From Cycas panzhihuaensis (lineage: Eukaryota; Plantae; Cycadophyta), in contig CM041465.1 of the NCBI GenBank assembly GCA_023213395.1, forward strand, positions 217,999,741 through 218,063,740: 64,000 bases of DNA, read 5' to 3'. Every line of letters starts with the position of its first letter. Position 1 is the stretch's first letter. A program made the position numbers and the translations under genes. The notes under the pieces are model-generated. The model did not search any database. It was not told the origin of the DNA and saw only the letters and a program-made list of their open reading frames with translations. Below are positions 50,639-64,000 of the stretch, piece after piece.

Positions 50639-53600
50639 TGTTAAAACATTATGATAACATTCTAATTTCATGTAAATTCATGTTTATTAAGTGTATACTT
50701 TGTACCATAGGTGACCCACATTGTAAATTTAATCTTATTATATAATCAAGTTAGGTCTGCCACATGTGCCGCTTAGTCGACTAGTTGTAATCCTTGAAAT
50801 ATTAATGGGTTGCCTATAAATTAAGCCCCGTATAATTATTTGGTATATAATCTTGAAGTATATGTGAAATCTTTGCCCAAATTGAGCCTCACGTGGTGAC
50901 CAATTGACACATACTTTGTTTATCTTAGTTCTACTTTGTTATTTTACTTGTTTTCTACATTATTTTGACATTGTAGCTTGATATTTAATCAGTAGTATAT
51001 GATTTATAGATCTTGGATGTTTCTCTCATGGTATCAGAGCTAGTTATACTCTGATTTAAAGTTTGTCGAATAAATATTGATAAACAAAGGCCCTTTCCCT
51101 CATAATGACACCTTGTTTGCTCTTATTTATTCATTTTTTCTGTTAAATATTGGTGTATACTATTGTTTAACATAAAGTGTAGGCCTACTCCAGTGTATAT
51201 CATCCCTATATAGATGATACTTAGTTCATTTGTAGTTGTACATAGTCAAGGTTTAATTTTAGAGTAAAATAACTATGAAAAATACCTATTTCCAAGCCAT
51301 TCCAACCCTAGATATGCATGTATCTACTTGGTGAAGTAATATTGTCCTTTGTAGTGGTGTTACAACCTCATTCTCAACCTGTTGGAGTTTATTCGGATGG
51401 GTTTTAGGTTGCTTAAAGTCCATTTCTACTCTATTTGGCTCTCATAACCTCTACCCTCTCCATAACTTATTATCATTTATTCTAAGCTTGTTTCTAAAAA
51501 AACTGAGTCCATCAACTCCCACTGGCTTCTGTGTCCTCTCCCTATGATCTCTAATTAATTTGCATCTATTTTAGAGGCTTGTTTAGATCTCATTGCTCCT
51601 ATGGCCCATGCGTCACCATGTGCAGGTCGCACGCCTCCATGTTGCTAGTTTTTGAAGGGGCTTAAGCCCATCTCTCTTAACATTTTCTCATAATAGGGAA
51701 CTTCTACTATTTTAGTTATATCTCAATAACCATAATTCTATTTTACAAACTATTTAGACCATCAAAGAAAGGATTCAAAGCTCTATAACTTGGAATTAGA
51801 TTTAACTAGATTTGAAGTCATTTTACTAAAGTTATAAGTTGCCGAAGTAGACCTTAGCATTTGAGTATATTTGAGCCTTTTTCTCACTTTCTAAAGGCCT
51901 ATTTCAAATTTTTAGAAGTTTTTGTGCTAGTTTAGGCTATTGTTAATCTTTAATCAACTGTCTAATTCTATTTTTAAGGCTAACAAGTGCAAGATATTGG
52001 TTTTTTATAAGTGTTCTCTTAGAAGATTAAAAGTGATTCTCTCTTGTGCATGACCCATCAAAGAGCACTCTAAACCCATCTTTGTCTTTTAATTTCCTTT
52101 AGTTTTAGCTTATGTTTCAGTCATTTTACTTAAAAATAACCTTTTACTTATAATAAATCATACCATAAAATCAATTTTCTCATATTAAAAAAGATAACTC
52201 TCTAATTAATCACCCTTATTCTAGCCTTGTAAGGGGAATGGTTAGGACCACTAAAATTACCACCCCACATATGCCATTGGTATACTCTAATTTGATAAGG
52301 AAATTATTGGCTATAAGGTGTAATAAGTGGCATGTTAAGATGTTAACCTTACCATTAGAGTTCGGAGACCAGGCTAAACTTGAAAGGAGTGAGTGCCTTA
52401 GTTAATCAAGTTCTCACTGTTAGATTTATCGCTAGGCATAAGTATGACACATGTGGTGAAATAAATTAGGGGGGTCTTAGACCCTTATTATAGCCCATAT
52501 ATTTAGGTATATAGAGAATTGAGTTCATGTACTAATATATAGGATCCCTGGTTTACGACTTGCGAGCAGGCACCACTAGACAAGATAGTAACTGAGAACT
52601 TTCTTAGAGATCCTTGAAATTTAGAAATCTAGATTAGCAACCCCTTAGATAGATTAGTACACAATTACATAAACCTTATAAACATAAAACAAAATAAAAA
52701 CTTAGAAAAAATAGCATCATAAATTCTACTCTCCAACAATATTAAACTTAATGGTATTACCAATTTTACCCCATGGAAAAAACAAGTGAAAAATCTACTT
52801 ATAATGAATGACTTTTGGGCCTATGTTAATGTAGACATACCCCTTTCTAAACTTACAATAGATCCAAATGACTCTACTATAGTCATTCCACCTAATCTTA
52901 TAGCTTTATCTAACTTGAAAGATAAGGATAATATTGCCCTATCCTTCCTCTACTTGGTCGTTAAAGACTAAGTGGACCAAAATATTGAAATAGCCTAAAC
53001 ATCTCATGAGGCATGGACCATACTTTGTGCACTCTATGAGAGAAAGGATGAATCTAGATCCTTAGCCTTTAAAGCTCACCTATTTGCAATATATTTTGTT
53101 AGTAATATTACAAACCACTTAACTAAAGTTAAAACCATTAAGAACTAATTGATAATCCTTAATGAAATACCTTCAGATCATGACTTAATATCTAGCATCC
53201 TAAATATTTTACCTATAGAATATAACTCTTTTATCTCTAATCTTCATAATAATTATTCAAAAATAGACTTCATAACCTTTTAAAGGCTCTTGTTATAAGA
53301 ATAAAATATACTCAATCAACTTGGGGTTTCATCTACATTTGACTCGACCCCTGCCTTTGTAGTCTGTAATTCAAAAAAAGGCAAGACTATTAATAAAAAA
53401 ACTCATCAGGCTAGTTAGCACAAAAAACTAACTTAATAATTAAACTCTCTCATCATCTCTTAAGAGACACATCATTAGCCAACTCAACAACAATAACAAC
53501 CAGTTGGCACCTCCTCTAATCTAAGTCAGTAGCCTCAACAGTCTCAATAATAACCACTGTTTCAACCTTAAAAGAACTAGTAGAGTAGACTAAATGTCAC

Positions 53601-56600
53601 ATGCCTTTACTATGGAAAAACTGGACACCTGACTATTGAATGTAAGAGATGTCAAACTAATTTGTAACTCTTACAAAATCAAGGGAGCTAATATTATGGG
53701 CCTAGATTTTAACAAGTTTCCCCATATTATTAACAATTAGCCCTATTTTATGAACAAGGAGCATCCTCATATCAACAAGGATGTCCAAGTTATAAGGCTA
53801 TCAACAAGAAGGACCATGCCCTCCATAAGAAGCCCCTTATCCACAATAAGGAGGCCCTATTTTGTAATAAGGAGGTCCCTATTAGCAATAAGGTGGCCTT
53901 GTTTCATAGTAATAAGGCACTTACTATCCACATGGAGGGCTATTATTTTAACCATAAGACCAATTCTGCCAACAAAATTGAAACCTTAAACCTACTCAAA
54001 GTTAAAGACCATAGAATAGGCAGTAGTTCCATAATAGAAATCAAAGGAATCAATAAAATATTCAACAATAAAGAGGAAATGTAGGATACAACTAAGATTC
54101 CTCATCCCACAACCTATTCTTTATAACTCTATCTTTTTAACTTGATGAAAATTTATGACTCCTTAACTCGAGTGCAACTAGACACATGATAGGTTTAGAA
54201 AACATGTTAGAAGATACCTATCTAATAAGCACCCAAATAGTCATATTTAGTGATAATTTGACATATGATGTGACCTAAATTAATAGGGCTCTAATAACCT
54301 CAAAAGATTCAAATATTAGACACCACATCAAAAATGTATTTCTTGTACGATGAATAAAGATAGACTTGCTCTCTATTAGCCAAATGGACAAGTAGAATCT
54401 AGATGTCCTCTTTAGCTAGGGTATTTGTAAAATTATAGACCATGTAAATAGTAAACTTATGGCCATAATATATGAGGATGGTGGTTTATATAGACTAGAT
54501 GGTATCCCCCTTACCACTACTCAACAAAGTAAATCCTACTTAATGGCCAATACAGCTCAACCTGATAAGGGGAAAGATGTAATTATTAAAGAGTCCCCTT
54601 GTATCTAGGAACCAGGTGAATACTCACATTCAAAGGATATTGTCACCTCAAACAACACCAAAGATCAATTATGGCATCAACACCTTTGTCATTTACATAT
54701 GTAAAGCTTGAACCTTATGTCTAGGCTTTAAATGGTACATGGTTTACCTAAAATCAAGAGATACAATAGCATATGTGAGGTATGCCTTAAGGGAAAACAG
54801 AAACGAGAAAAATTCCCTTCCAAGAATGCATGGAGAGCCTCACAACCATTAGAGTTGGTCCACTTAGATATTTATAAGTCCATGTCAATCTGATCACTCA
54901 ATGGGAGCTTACATTTCATCATATTCATAGATGACTTCTCAAGAAAAGTGTGGATCTACTTTTTGAGAAACAAGTACCAAGCCCTACACAAATTCAAAGA
55001 GTTCAAAGTTACAATTGAAAATGAAAGTTATATGATAATTAAGATCCTTAAATTTGATAACAATGATGAGTATATTTCTAATCAATTCAACAATATTTGT
55101 AAAGAACATGACATCCAATGCTAATTCTCAGCACCTTGTATGCCATAGTAAAACGATGTAGCTGAAAGGATGAATCAAACAGTGGTGAACAAAGGAAAAT
55201 CCATGCTTAATGCTATAAATCTTGCCATTAAATTTTGGGTTGATTCCATAGCCATACTTGTATACCTAACCAACATAAATCCCATAGTTACAATTAGGAA
55301 TATCACTCCTAAGGAAGCTTGGTCAGGTTAGAAACCAATGGTCACACTTAAATTTTTTTGAATGCATGATGTATAAATTTGTTCTAAAGGACAACAAAAA
55401 GAAGTTAGATGATAAAAGCTAGAAATATATCTTCCTTAGCTATGTACCTAGTTGTAAAGCCTGTAAAGTGTTTAACACTATTGGAAACTAAGCCTACATA
55501 ACTTGGGATGTCATATTTACGAAGGATACACAGGACCTGACTCTATCTCATCACAAGTACCTCTTGGACAAATTCTAGAGCCACTAGTACCAGCCTTCTT
55601 CTACACTCTATGTCCTTCATCAATTCTAGTAGCCTCCATATCAATGACACAAGCAAGCATAACCTTGCCATCTATTTCAGTTGATGACCTTCAGGTGGAA
55701 GCTATTAGCATTTAACCACCTTCTAAGTGGGTTTAATAGTTACTAAAGGATCCTCCTCCTCCTCCCATAGTTGCCAAAATGCCTTAAAAAATAAGATACT
55801 TTATAAATTTTACCTTAAAGGCACATATCCTTAAAACACCTTAGCCTTCCATATTTAAAGACCAAATGCGAAAAATAGCTATGGATGAAGAGATGAACTC
55901 TATCATAAAAAAATGACACTTAGGAGATAACAAAATTGCCACTAGGAAAAAGGTAATTGGTTGTAGATGACTATATAAAATAAAATTCCATGTAAATGGC
56001 ACCGTTAATGTCACAAAGCTTGCCTTATAATAAAAGTTTTCAAATAACAAAAGGGGATTAACTATGGTGAGACCTTTGCACTAGTAACCAACATGACCAT
56101 ATTCTATTTGGTTATGCCACTAGTAGCTCAATTTAATTAGCCTATCTACCAAATGGATGTGAAGAGTGCTTTCCTCAATGGAGAGCTCAAAGAAGAGGTT
56201 TTCTTGAAACAACCCCCTAACTATATTATTCCAGGATAAGAACACTTAGTTTATAAACTCAAGAAATCCCTATATGGACTCAAGCAGGTATCATGTGCCT
56301 GGTACACAAAGATTCGTGCCTTTCTTATATAACATAGATTCAATCGTTCACCCTCTAACCTTGATTTACATATTCAAGGTAGATATAATTTGATTACAAT
56401 CATTGTTCTCTATATGGATGATCTTATAATCATTAACAATGACATGGACTACATTGCTTAGCTTTAATTAGAATAAAAAATCAACTTTAAGATGACAGAT
56501 CTTAGGTTACTTCATTACTTAGATTAAAATTTGTCAAAAACTAGGATACATTGTCATGACTCAAATAAAGTATACTAACGAGCTCTTGGAAAGATTTAAG

Positions 56601-57560
56601 ATGACATAATGCAAGCCAATGCTAATTCCTATGGAGACAAGAACCAAGATAAATTTGGATGAATAAGGAAAGTCTTTTGATCCTACTTTGTACTGATAAT
56701 TAGTTGGGAGCTTTACTTATCTCACCTATACTTGACCAGATATATCATATGTAATAGGCATCTACTTTAAGTACATATCACAACCTAAAGCATTGCATTA
56801 GAAAACCACTACTAGAATCCTCAAATATATTTATGACACACATCAATTTAGTCTTGAATATAACCAAATTGACTCCCTTATCTTAAAGGGACATATAGAT
56901 GTTGATTGGGTAGGTTGCCATGACTATTGTGATAATCAAAGTGTATTAAAGATAACGAAGAATCATGTGCTCCATACTAGAACCAAGCACATTGAGGTCT
57001 ATCATCACTTCATCTATGAGCATGTTCAAAACAAAGAAGTTGATCTTGTCTATCGACTAACCGAGGACCAGGTTGTTGACATCTTCACTAAAGCACTTGT
57101 TAAATTGAAGCTTGAGATATTTTGACACGACCTCAACATTAGAAGAAATGAAGTTGCTATTAAGGTAGGGTGTTAAAAATTTGTAATAGCATCCTTATTC
57201 ATGTAAATTCATGTTTATCAAGTGCATACTTTTGTACCATAGGTGACCCACATTGTAAATTTAATCTTATTGTATAATCAAGTTGGGTTTGTTGCATGTG
57301 TTACTTAGTCAGCCAATTATAATCCTTGAAATATTGATAGATTTCCTATAAATTAAGCCCTATTTTATTATTTTATATATAATCTTGAAGTATATGCAGA
57401 AACTCTACCTAAATTGAGCCTCAGGTGGTGACCAATTCACCTGTGCTTTATTTATCTTAATTCTACTTTGTTATTTCACTTATTTTTTGGATTATTTTGA
57501 TATTGTAGCTTGATATTTAATTAATAGCATATGATTTACAGATCTTGGATGTTTCTCTTA
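50639..57560 (+). mobile_element. Full-length degenerate Ty1/Copia element F
   Basis: 390-bp LTRs at 50639-51028 and 57171-57560. TSD CTACA/CTATA. PBS TGGTATCAGAGC 51029-51040; PPT AAGGTAGGG. Confidence 0.95.
52711..57163 (+). pseudogene. gag-pol: Degenerate Copia gag-pol of element F with Q-rich Gag extension
   Basis: KLNGITNFTPWK (gag), CLYYGKTGHLTIEC (knuckle), PLELVHLD and FIDDFSRKVW (INT), [12 protein letters not shown] (RT), RTKHIEV (RH; internal deletion near 56925). Confidence 0.93.
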
Positions 57561-60500
57561 CTATAACTCTGATCAACTTGTAATATCCACAACTCCTTTA
57601 ATCTGGGCAATGACAACCTCCATAACTCTAAGATAATCTTTTGCAATATCCAGAATCTTAGAATATGATGCTATCACTCCATGAGTAAAATAAACAAATC
57701 TAGCACCTTCTATGAATTCAAAATATATATCAATAACTAGTAACTAAGTAACTAGAGGTTTTCAATTTAGAAATAGGGGGTACCAACCTTTACTTCATAC
57801 CTAAACACTTGCACAAAATAAAACAACCTCTTCCACTCATCTACACACCTCTGAAGACCAACGAATCTCTATAAAATAGATAATAGAAGGCATCAAGAAT
57901 CTACACATGATCATTGCACCTTTATGGCTACTCTTTTGGCTATCAGATAAGCTAATCTTTAAGGGTTGACTCAATATTATCTATCAACTAATGATTAGAA
58001 TAATCCACCTAATATTTTCCTACTTGTGCATATTTATCTACTCCGATACCATGTTAGAAAACATCAAATATACAAACATGATATATAATTATTTATGTAG
58101 ATAATAAACACAGAATAGGGACCGATTTGATGTGGGAAACCTTGCAGTAAAAACCCACCATAGAATTATATTATCACACTTTTATAAATCTATCATAAGA
58201 TACAATGGACATTGGATGCTTATTTATAGATCCATAAGTGCCTCAAATATTTACAAAGAGATTACATTCATCATCCCAAACAATATCAAAATATTACATC
58301 ATAAGTTCATATAAACTATACCTCATTTACATTAATGAGGTAAGTGGATATAATGCTACTTTAACAACTTATTTTATATTCCCCTTAGATCATGCCAATT
58401 TATAAATTTAAAAGATTTTAAATAAGGTTTCTATGAATGAACAAATGGAATGTGTAATACTTTATCCTTTTAGTTTGACTTGATAAGATTGAATCCCTTA
58501 TAATTGCATGGCTAAAAAAATCATTAATAATGGACAAAGTAGTTAAGTAATGGATAAGTTAGTTGACGGTCAAACCACTTTGTGGATGGGATATAATAGT
58601 CTCTTTTTAATGTATGAGTATTCTTAATATAATGAGTAATAAAATATAAGGAATTTTCTCCAAGAGATTATGTCCTTTAATGTTAATTTATCAACCTCTA
58701 ATATGAATGATTTAAGAAGGGAGTTTCTAAGAAGATTATAGAATCATGACTTATGGAATAATTATTTACCTTATCAACTAGTACTTAGCTTGCATCTAAT
58801 TTAATATTGCACCTTGTACCTTACTTTACTATTGTAGATTAGAGACAAAAATCTAAACCTTAAGAAGGTGCAATTATAATTTGATCTTAGGATTTAGTAT
58901 TTTCATTTATGGATTTAGAATTTAGTGAAATAGAATTTCTTGCCAATATATCATTCAAAAGTTACATACACTAGTTTGACATGACATCCATAAGAGTATG
59001 TTAATGCTTTTAAGATATATTAAGGGAAAATTATGCTTATATATCTTTAAATATACAATCTATTGCAACCCTAAACTAATTTCAAGAGGTGAAGAAAATG
59101 GCAACTAAGATAAGAGTGGTCCTCTAAAGATTCTAATGGCTCTCCTCCATATTGTTTTAAAAAAACATGAAGACAATAACATCTTAAAGGTCACTCTAGA
59201 ATGTGGTATATATGTGAGAATTAATAGCAACAAACATGATACATATAATTATATAATTATATGTTACAAAATATAAAACTATAAATTTATAAGTATCATA
59301 AATACCTATGTAAACAAACGCCATCGTTATAGAGACAAAGTTAGTGTATGTAGAAAATTAGTAGTGACACTATCAATCCATCAACCATTTTAAAAGATGT
59401 TCATATTAATAATGAAATGATCTTTTAATGTAATAAAATAGATATATAGCACCTTGAGGCCAAGCTCATCTCCCTAAAGATACATGGTCTTAACATGATT
59501 CTTAACTCCATGCCCCTTAGTGTTAGAGGCCTTATAATATGAAATATAAAGGTAATAATTATTTCTTAGCTCTATATAATACTATTAATGATTATTTATA
59601 TTACTATATATTTTTTTATGAGAGTAATTAATGGGCAATTTAAATAGAGAGAATGCTATTATAAACATCAAGGCTACCACCTACAACCTTAATAATTAAA
59701 TAAGATGTGAGATGGTGGTTAAAACATAGTTGATTAGATAGACACATCCTAATCCCATGTCTCTATAAATGGCAATGGCTAAAATAGTTATACACATATC
59801 TTCAACCTATAAGTAAACAGTTTAAAACTAAATTCTTATCATAATGACAAGTAAAAATTTAGCATCATGGTACTTAATACTAATTAGCATAACTTGCCTT
59901 AGATGTTTCATCATAAAGAAAAGTGTGTAGAGTTGGAATTACTACATAATAATATCAATCATGAGTCAAGATCATTGTATTAATCTTGATAAATAGATAA
60001 GTAGATATTATATGGTAGGAAATAATATCTCCTATACATGAGGAACTTATAGATGTCTAAGCATTCAATAAAATGATTATCTCAAATGGGCCTTAGAAGT
60101 CTAAAAGCCATTACATTAATAAATCTAGATAAATATTACAATGTCAAGATTTATGGAATAAAAGAGGTGTAAAGGATTCTAGGTAAGATGAAAGGAGAAG
60201 ACTAATCCCACATCTTTATTAGAATGGACCAGTAGATCAAGAAGTTCCCAACCCCCACACCCCCTCCCCCCACCCCCACATGCACACACACATAAAATTT
60301 AAAATAATAAAATATCCCAATATTAATAAAAGCCAATGTGAAAACCTAAGTTATAAATGTTGGTTCTTTGGAATGTTCTAATCCCTTACACTATCCTTTG
60401 ATAAGGGTGTACTAATGTCATGAATAACTCCATGGAACTAGCTTAATAGATCCACTTAGCACTCTTAACTTGGGGAATGACATAGTTATAATATGCAAGA

Positions 60501-62645
60501 ATGGGTCTTATGGTATAAATAATGAAGGCCGAGGGTGAATAAAGGGATAGATAAAAGGGAAAATATCATAATCCTATTATGCTATACTAATTTAATGACC
60601 AAATAAGACTAGTCACATGCAATATTTAATGTCTTCTAATGCATGAGATCTCAAATTGAATGTGAAGATAAGTGAAGATGCTTTAGAAGATGAATAAAAT
60701 AGAAAATATCTCATCATATGAGTATATTTTTTCTCTTTTAATTTTTTAATTCTCTTAAACTTTTATTTGTAAGATCTTTTAGATTTTCTATAGATCTATA
60801 CCTTGTATATATTCTCTACTTTATTAGAAGATTTTCACTATAGGGAGATAAGTTATTTCATATGTTAATCAATTGACTTTTATATTATTCTATTATATTA
60901 ATCATAAATTAATAATCAAATAAATCATGCATGTGAGGGGATAAGATGAAGATGAAAGAGTTCCATCAATGGGGGGAAAATAAAATTAAAAATAACTTAA
61001 GTATATGTGTCCTATGATATATCTTACTAATTTTATAAATTACTATCCTCAACTCTTAGGTTCATATAGTGTTGAAACTTAATTTAATAAGTTATGAGAT
61101 AATTTTGGGATCTAACCTCCTTTATGATACTTTGACTAAATATAAGGCTAAAATAAGGCAAGGGAATTTTATATAACACAAAGGACTCACTTCTATAGGT
61201 ATAATAAGAAAAAGCGTAAGGGAAATTTATTACAAGCAAATATATAAGATGATGATTTTATACCACTACACAGACTTTGACATTGCAATACCACAATCAC
61301 TTGTTGACTTAACTTGAGGAAAATCATCTACAACATCTCTTATATAAGGATGAGATCTATACAATATGAATGAATTAGGTGGAGTTCTTTAGTAATGAGT
61401 AGTTATAAACCTCATATTACATAACTCATTAATGTCATGTTATGTTGATGATTAACTTCTTTATTAATAACTCATGGTAAAAAGTCATAATAAAACCCTA
61501 AATTGGATAGGATCATAAGGTGATGAGATTAATAGAATGAATCAAGGATAAGTATGAAATTATAAAGTTGGCTAAAAAATTCCCCATCCTTTTAGATAGG
61601 ATGATACACAAACTTAATAAGCTAGGGCACCAAGGTGGTTCTAGTCACTTTTCATTATTCATTGACTTTATAAGTAAAATGATTTATGTCCTTGTATGGA
61701 GCTTGGACTAGAAAAAGTTCAATAAAAAAAATTTGGATCTTATATATTACTAAAGATGTCTAGTAAGTGGAAGGTAGGGTAGATGAAGGGAGATCACAAA
61801 TAGCCTTATATAATATAAACTCATACCCTAAGAACGAATGGTAGTTTTTATTATAACTTTATGTTCTAAGAAAGGATTAATTGTTATCTACTACATTACC
61901 TTTACATAATGAAATATAGTATATTTGGATTTAAATGCCATCCATTTCACTTTATCATTAGTTAAATCCAACTTAATATATGTTCAATGGTCATAGAGTT
62001 CCTTACCATCATTCATAAAGTCCCCATAAATGATTTAGTATGATCAACTACAAGTGAGAAGGAGGACAAAAAGTATAATATCATATGATGATATATTCAT
62101 TACAAATAAAGACTTTATAAAATTATGAGAATTAGGCCCAAAAGTATCTAAATTTCATCCTTCAAGGTTTTAATTTATATAAATACCCTTTCTATAATAT
62201 AAAAGTGAAAATAAACCCTTTATAAAGTTTAAAAGGGTGAAAATTAAGGTGTATACATAACTTGTTAATTATAAAAAAGGGTTGGGAATGATCATTTAGA
62301 GTTTTTTTTTTTTTTTTCACTTTTCAAAGTTGCAGAGAGAAGTAAAGAGACAGGCTATCAAATTTTCAAGTGATTAGAGGTGGTTAGATCCTTGCATCAT
62401 ACACTTGATATATATTTTATTCAAGTATTTACCAAAACTTACAAACTCTTATTTTTATTTTAAATTTTATTAATTTTAATTTGGTTTCCTATAGATGAAG
62501 CCTCTAACAAATGGTATCTTTGGCATTATATAAGATAATCTGAGCTAGTCATGTTTGTGCATAAAAGATAAATTGTTGGTTAAAGACCTAATATTTATGG
62601 ATATAATTGATTAATACTAAATTGATGATATAACTTACACTTGGA

Positions 62646-62916
<271 letters not shown>

Positions 62917-64000
62917 TAGGGTTATGAATTATGAAATAAATAATCACCTCCTTCTATAAATAATCATTAATACCTAATTACCTATCAATTAAGCCCACTA
63001 AAAGTTCTCCCTTATAAAAAATTCTTTGCACTTAAAGCATAAGAAACTTGATTTCATAAATGGGGATACTTTTCAAAGATGGAAGAAGATTCCCATGAAG
63101 CATCCTCTTTTAGAAGTTACTATGATTTAACAAAATATTCTTGAATGGTTCAAGATTATGAGAAATGTTCTCATACTTTTAGGATAGATTTAGGAATTAA
63201 GAGTATCATGCCTCCTTTAATTAACATTAGAAGTTTGAGTTATACTAGTACTCTTATTCAATCTTACATTTTAAGCGAAAAATATGGAAACAATTATGGA
63301 TGTAACCTATAAATGGTAAATTACAGGTATAAGCAACTTCTTTTACTTTCTTCCTTATGTGATATGGACTACAAAATTATGGGTTAAGATTTTCTTTCTT
63401 TGATTTTTTAAAGATGGTTTTCTTTTATGGTTGTAAATATAGATATACCCAATTACCTTCTAAAAATTCTTGCTCAACTTGATATAAGTTGGCTTATTAT
63501 TTCATTCTATTTTAGGTATTGGAGATATATTCTCATAGAAAATTGATTATATTTTATGATTCTTATAAATAATTATTAAATGCTAGAATACATAAGTTTG
63601 TACTTGCCTAATCTTTTATTAAGATAGGATCATACCCATATAAGGCCTTAAAGGGAGTCATTTTAATGGACATGTGGTATGTTGTATTATACCCCTCTTT
63701 GATTAAATGTAATTATTTAATCCCACTACTTGGTTTGTTTATTACAAAACTTTAAAGATAAAATTCTAAGCATCTATTGATAATTTTAGTTTACCTATTT
63801 TTTTGAGGGTGGCAACTAGTATTGATATTTAGGGTAGTACCCAATTATTTAAAAAAATCCTACCAAAAGCTACTTTAAAATTTTTGATCCCTATCACTGA
63901 TAATAGCATTTAGTAATCTATAAAGTCTGTGAATTTAATTCATAAATATTGGTATGACTTGATAGGCCTTGAAGTCATTTTGTATAGCTATGAAATATGC

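Larger units (their letters stand above)
38829..58366 (-). mobile_element. Old Ty1/Copia element E, heavily deleted, hosting four nested insertions
   Basis: 5' LTR 58052-58366 with PBS remnant CTCCGATACCA. The 3' LTR is split into 38829-39025 and 44666-44791. TSD ACTTG/ACTTA. Minus-strand RH (CPSEEQLKDVFTKAL), RT and INT remnants at 44800-46390. Confidence 0.88.
38480..59025. repeat. Ancient ~1-kb repeat, copy 2 (38480-38828 plus 58372-59025, split by Copia E)
   Basis: The rejoined flanks ...TATAACTTG|TTTTATATTCCCCTTAGATCATGCC match 26740-26775. Confidence 0.8.

Overview
This window is AT-rich, CpG-depleted eukaryotic heterochromatin from a large plant genome (gymnosperm-like is my inference). 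It is almost entirely nested, degenerate LTR retrotransposons: Ty3/Gypsy (CRM-like, Reina-like, Ogre/Tat-like), at least five Ty1/Copia elements, a gag-only non-autonomous element, a TRIM-like element and solo LTRs. Most boundaries can be fixed by TG...CA ends, a tRNA primer-binding site (PBS), a polypurine tract (PPT) and 5-bp target-site duplications (TSDs). I see no intact host gene. The main observation is that two separate members of one Copia family (homologous 434-441 bp LTRs at 6639-7072 minus and 27169-27609 plus) each carry a different host coding fragment fused in antisense directly to the tRNA-iMet PBS. One is a spliced, near-complete 14-3-3 cDNA and the other an ILP1 (GCFC/NTR2-like) fragment; further unidentified segments follow each. 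This looks like a PBS-proximal host-mRNA capture site. Other oddities are an LTR containing tandem LTR-end+PBS units, a non-coding module shared by Gypsy and Copia leaders, and a reconstructable Q/G/P/Y prion-like Gag domain. All comparisons were made by eye; no searches were run.
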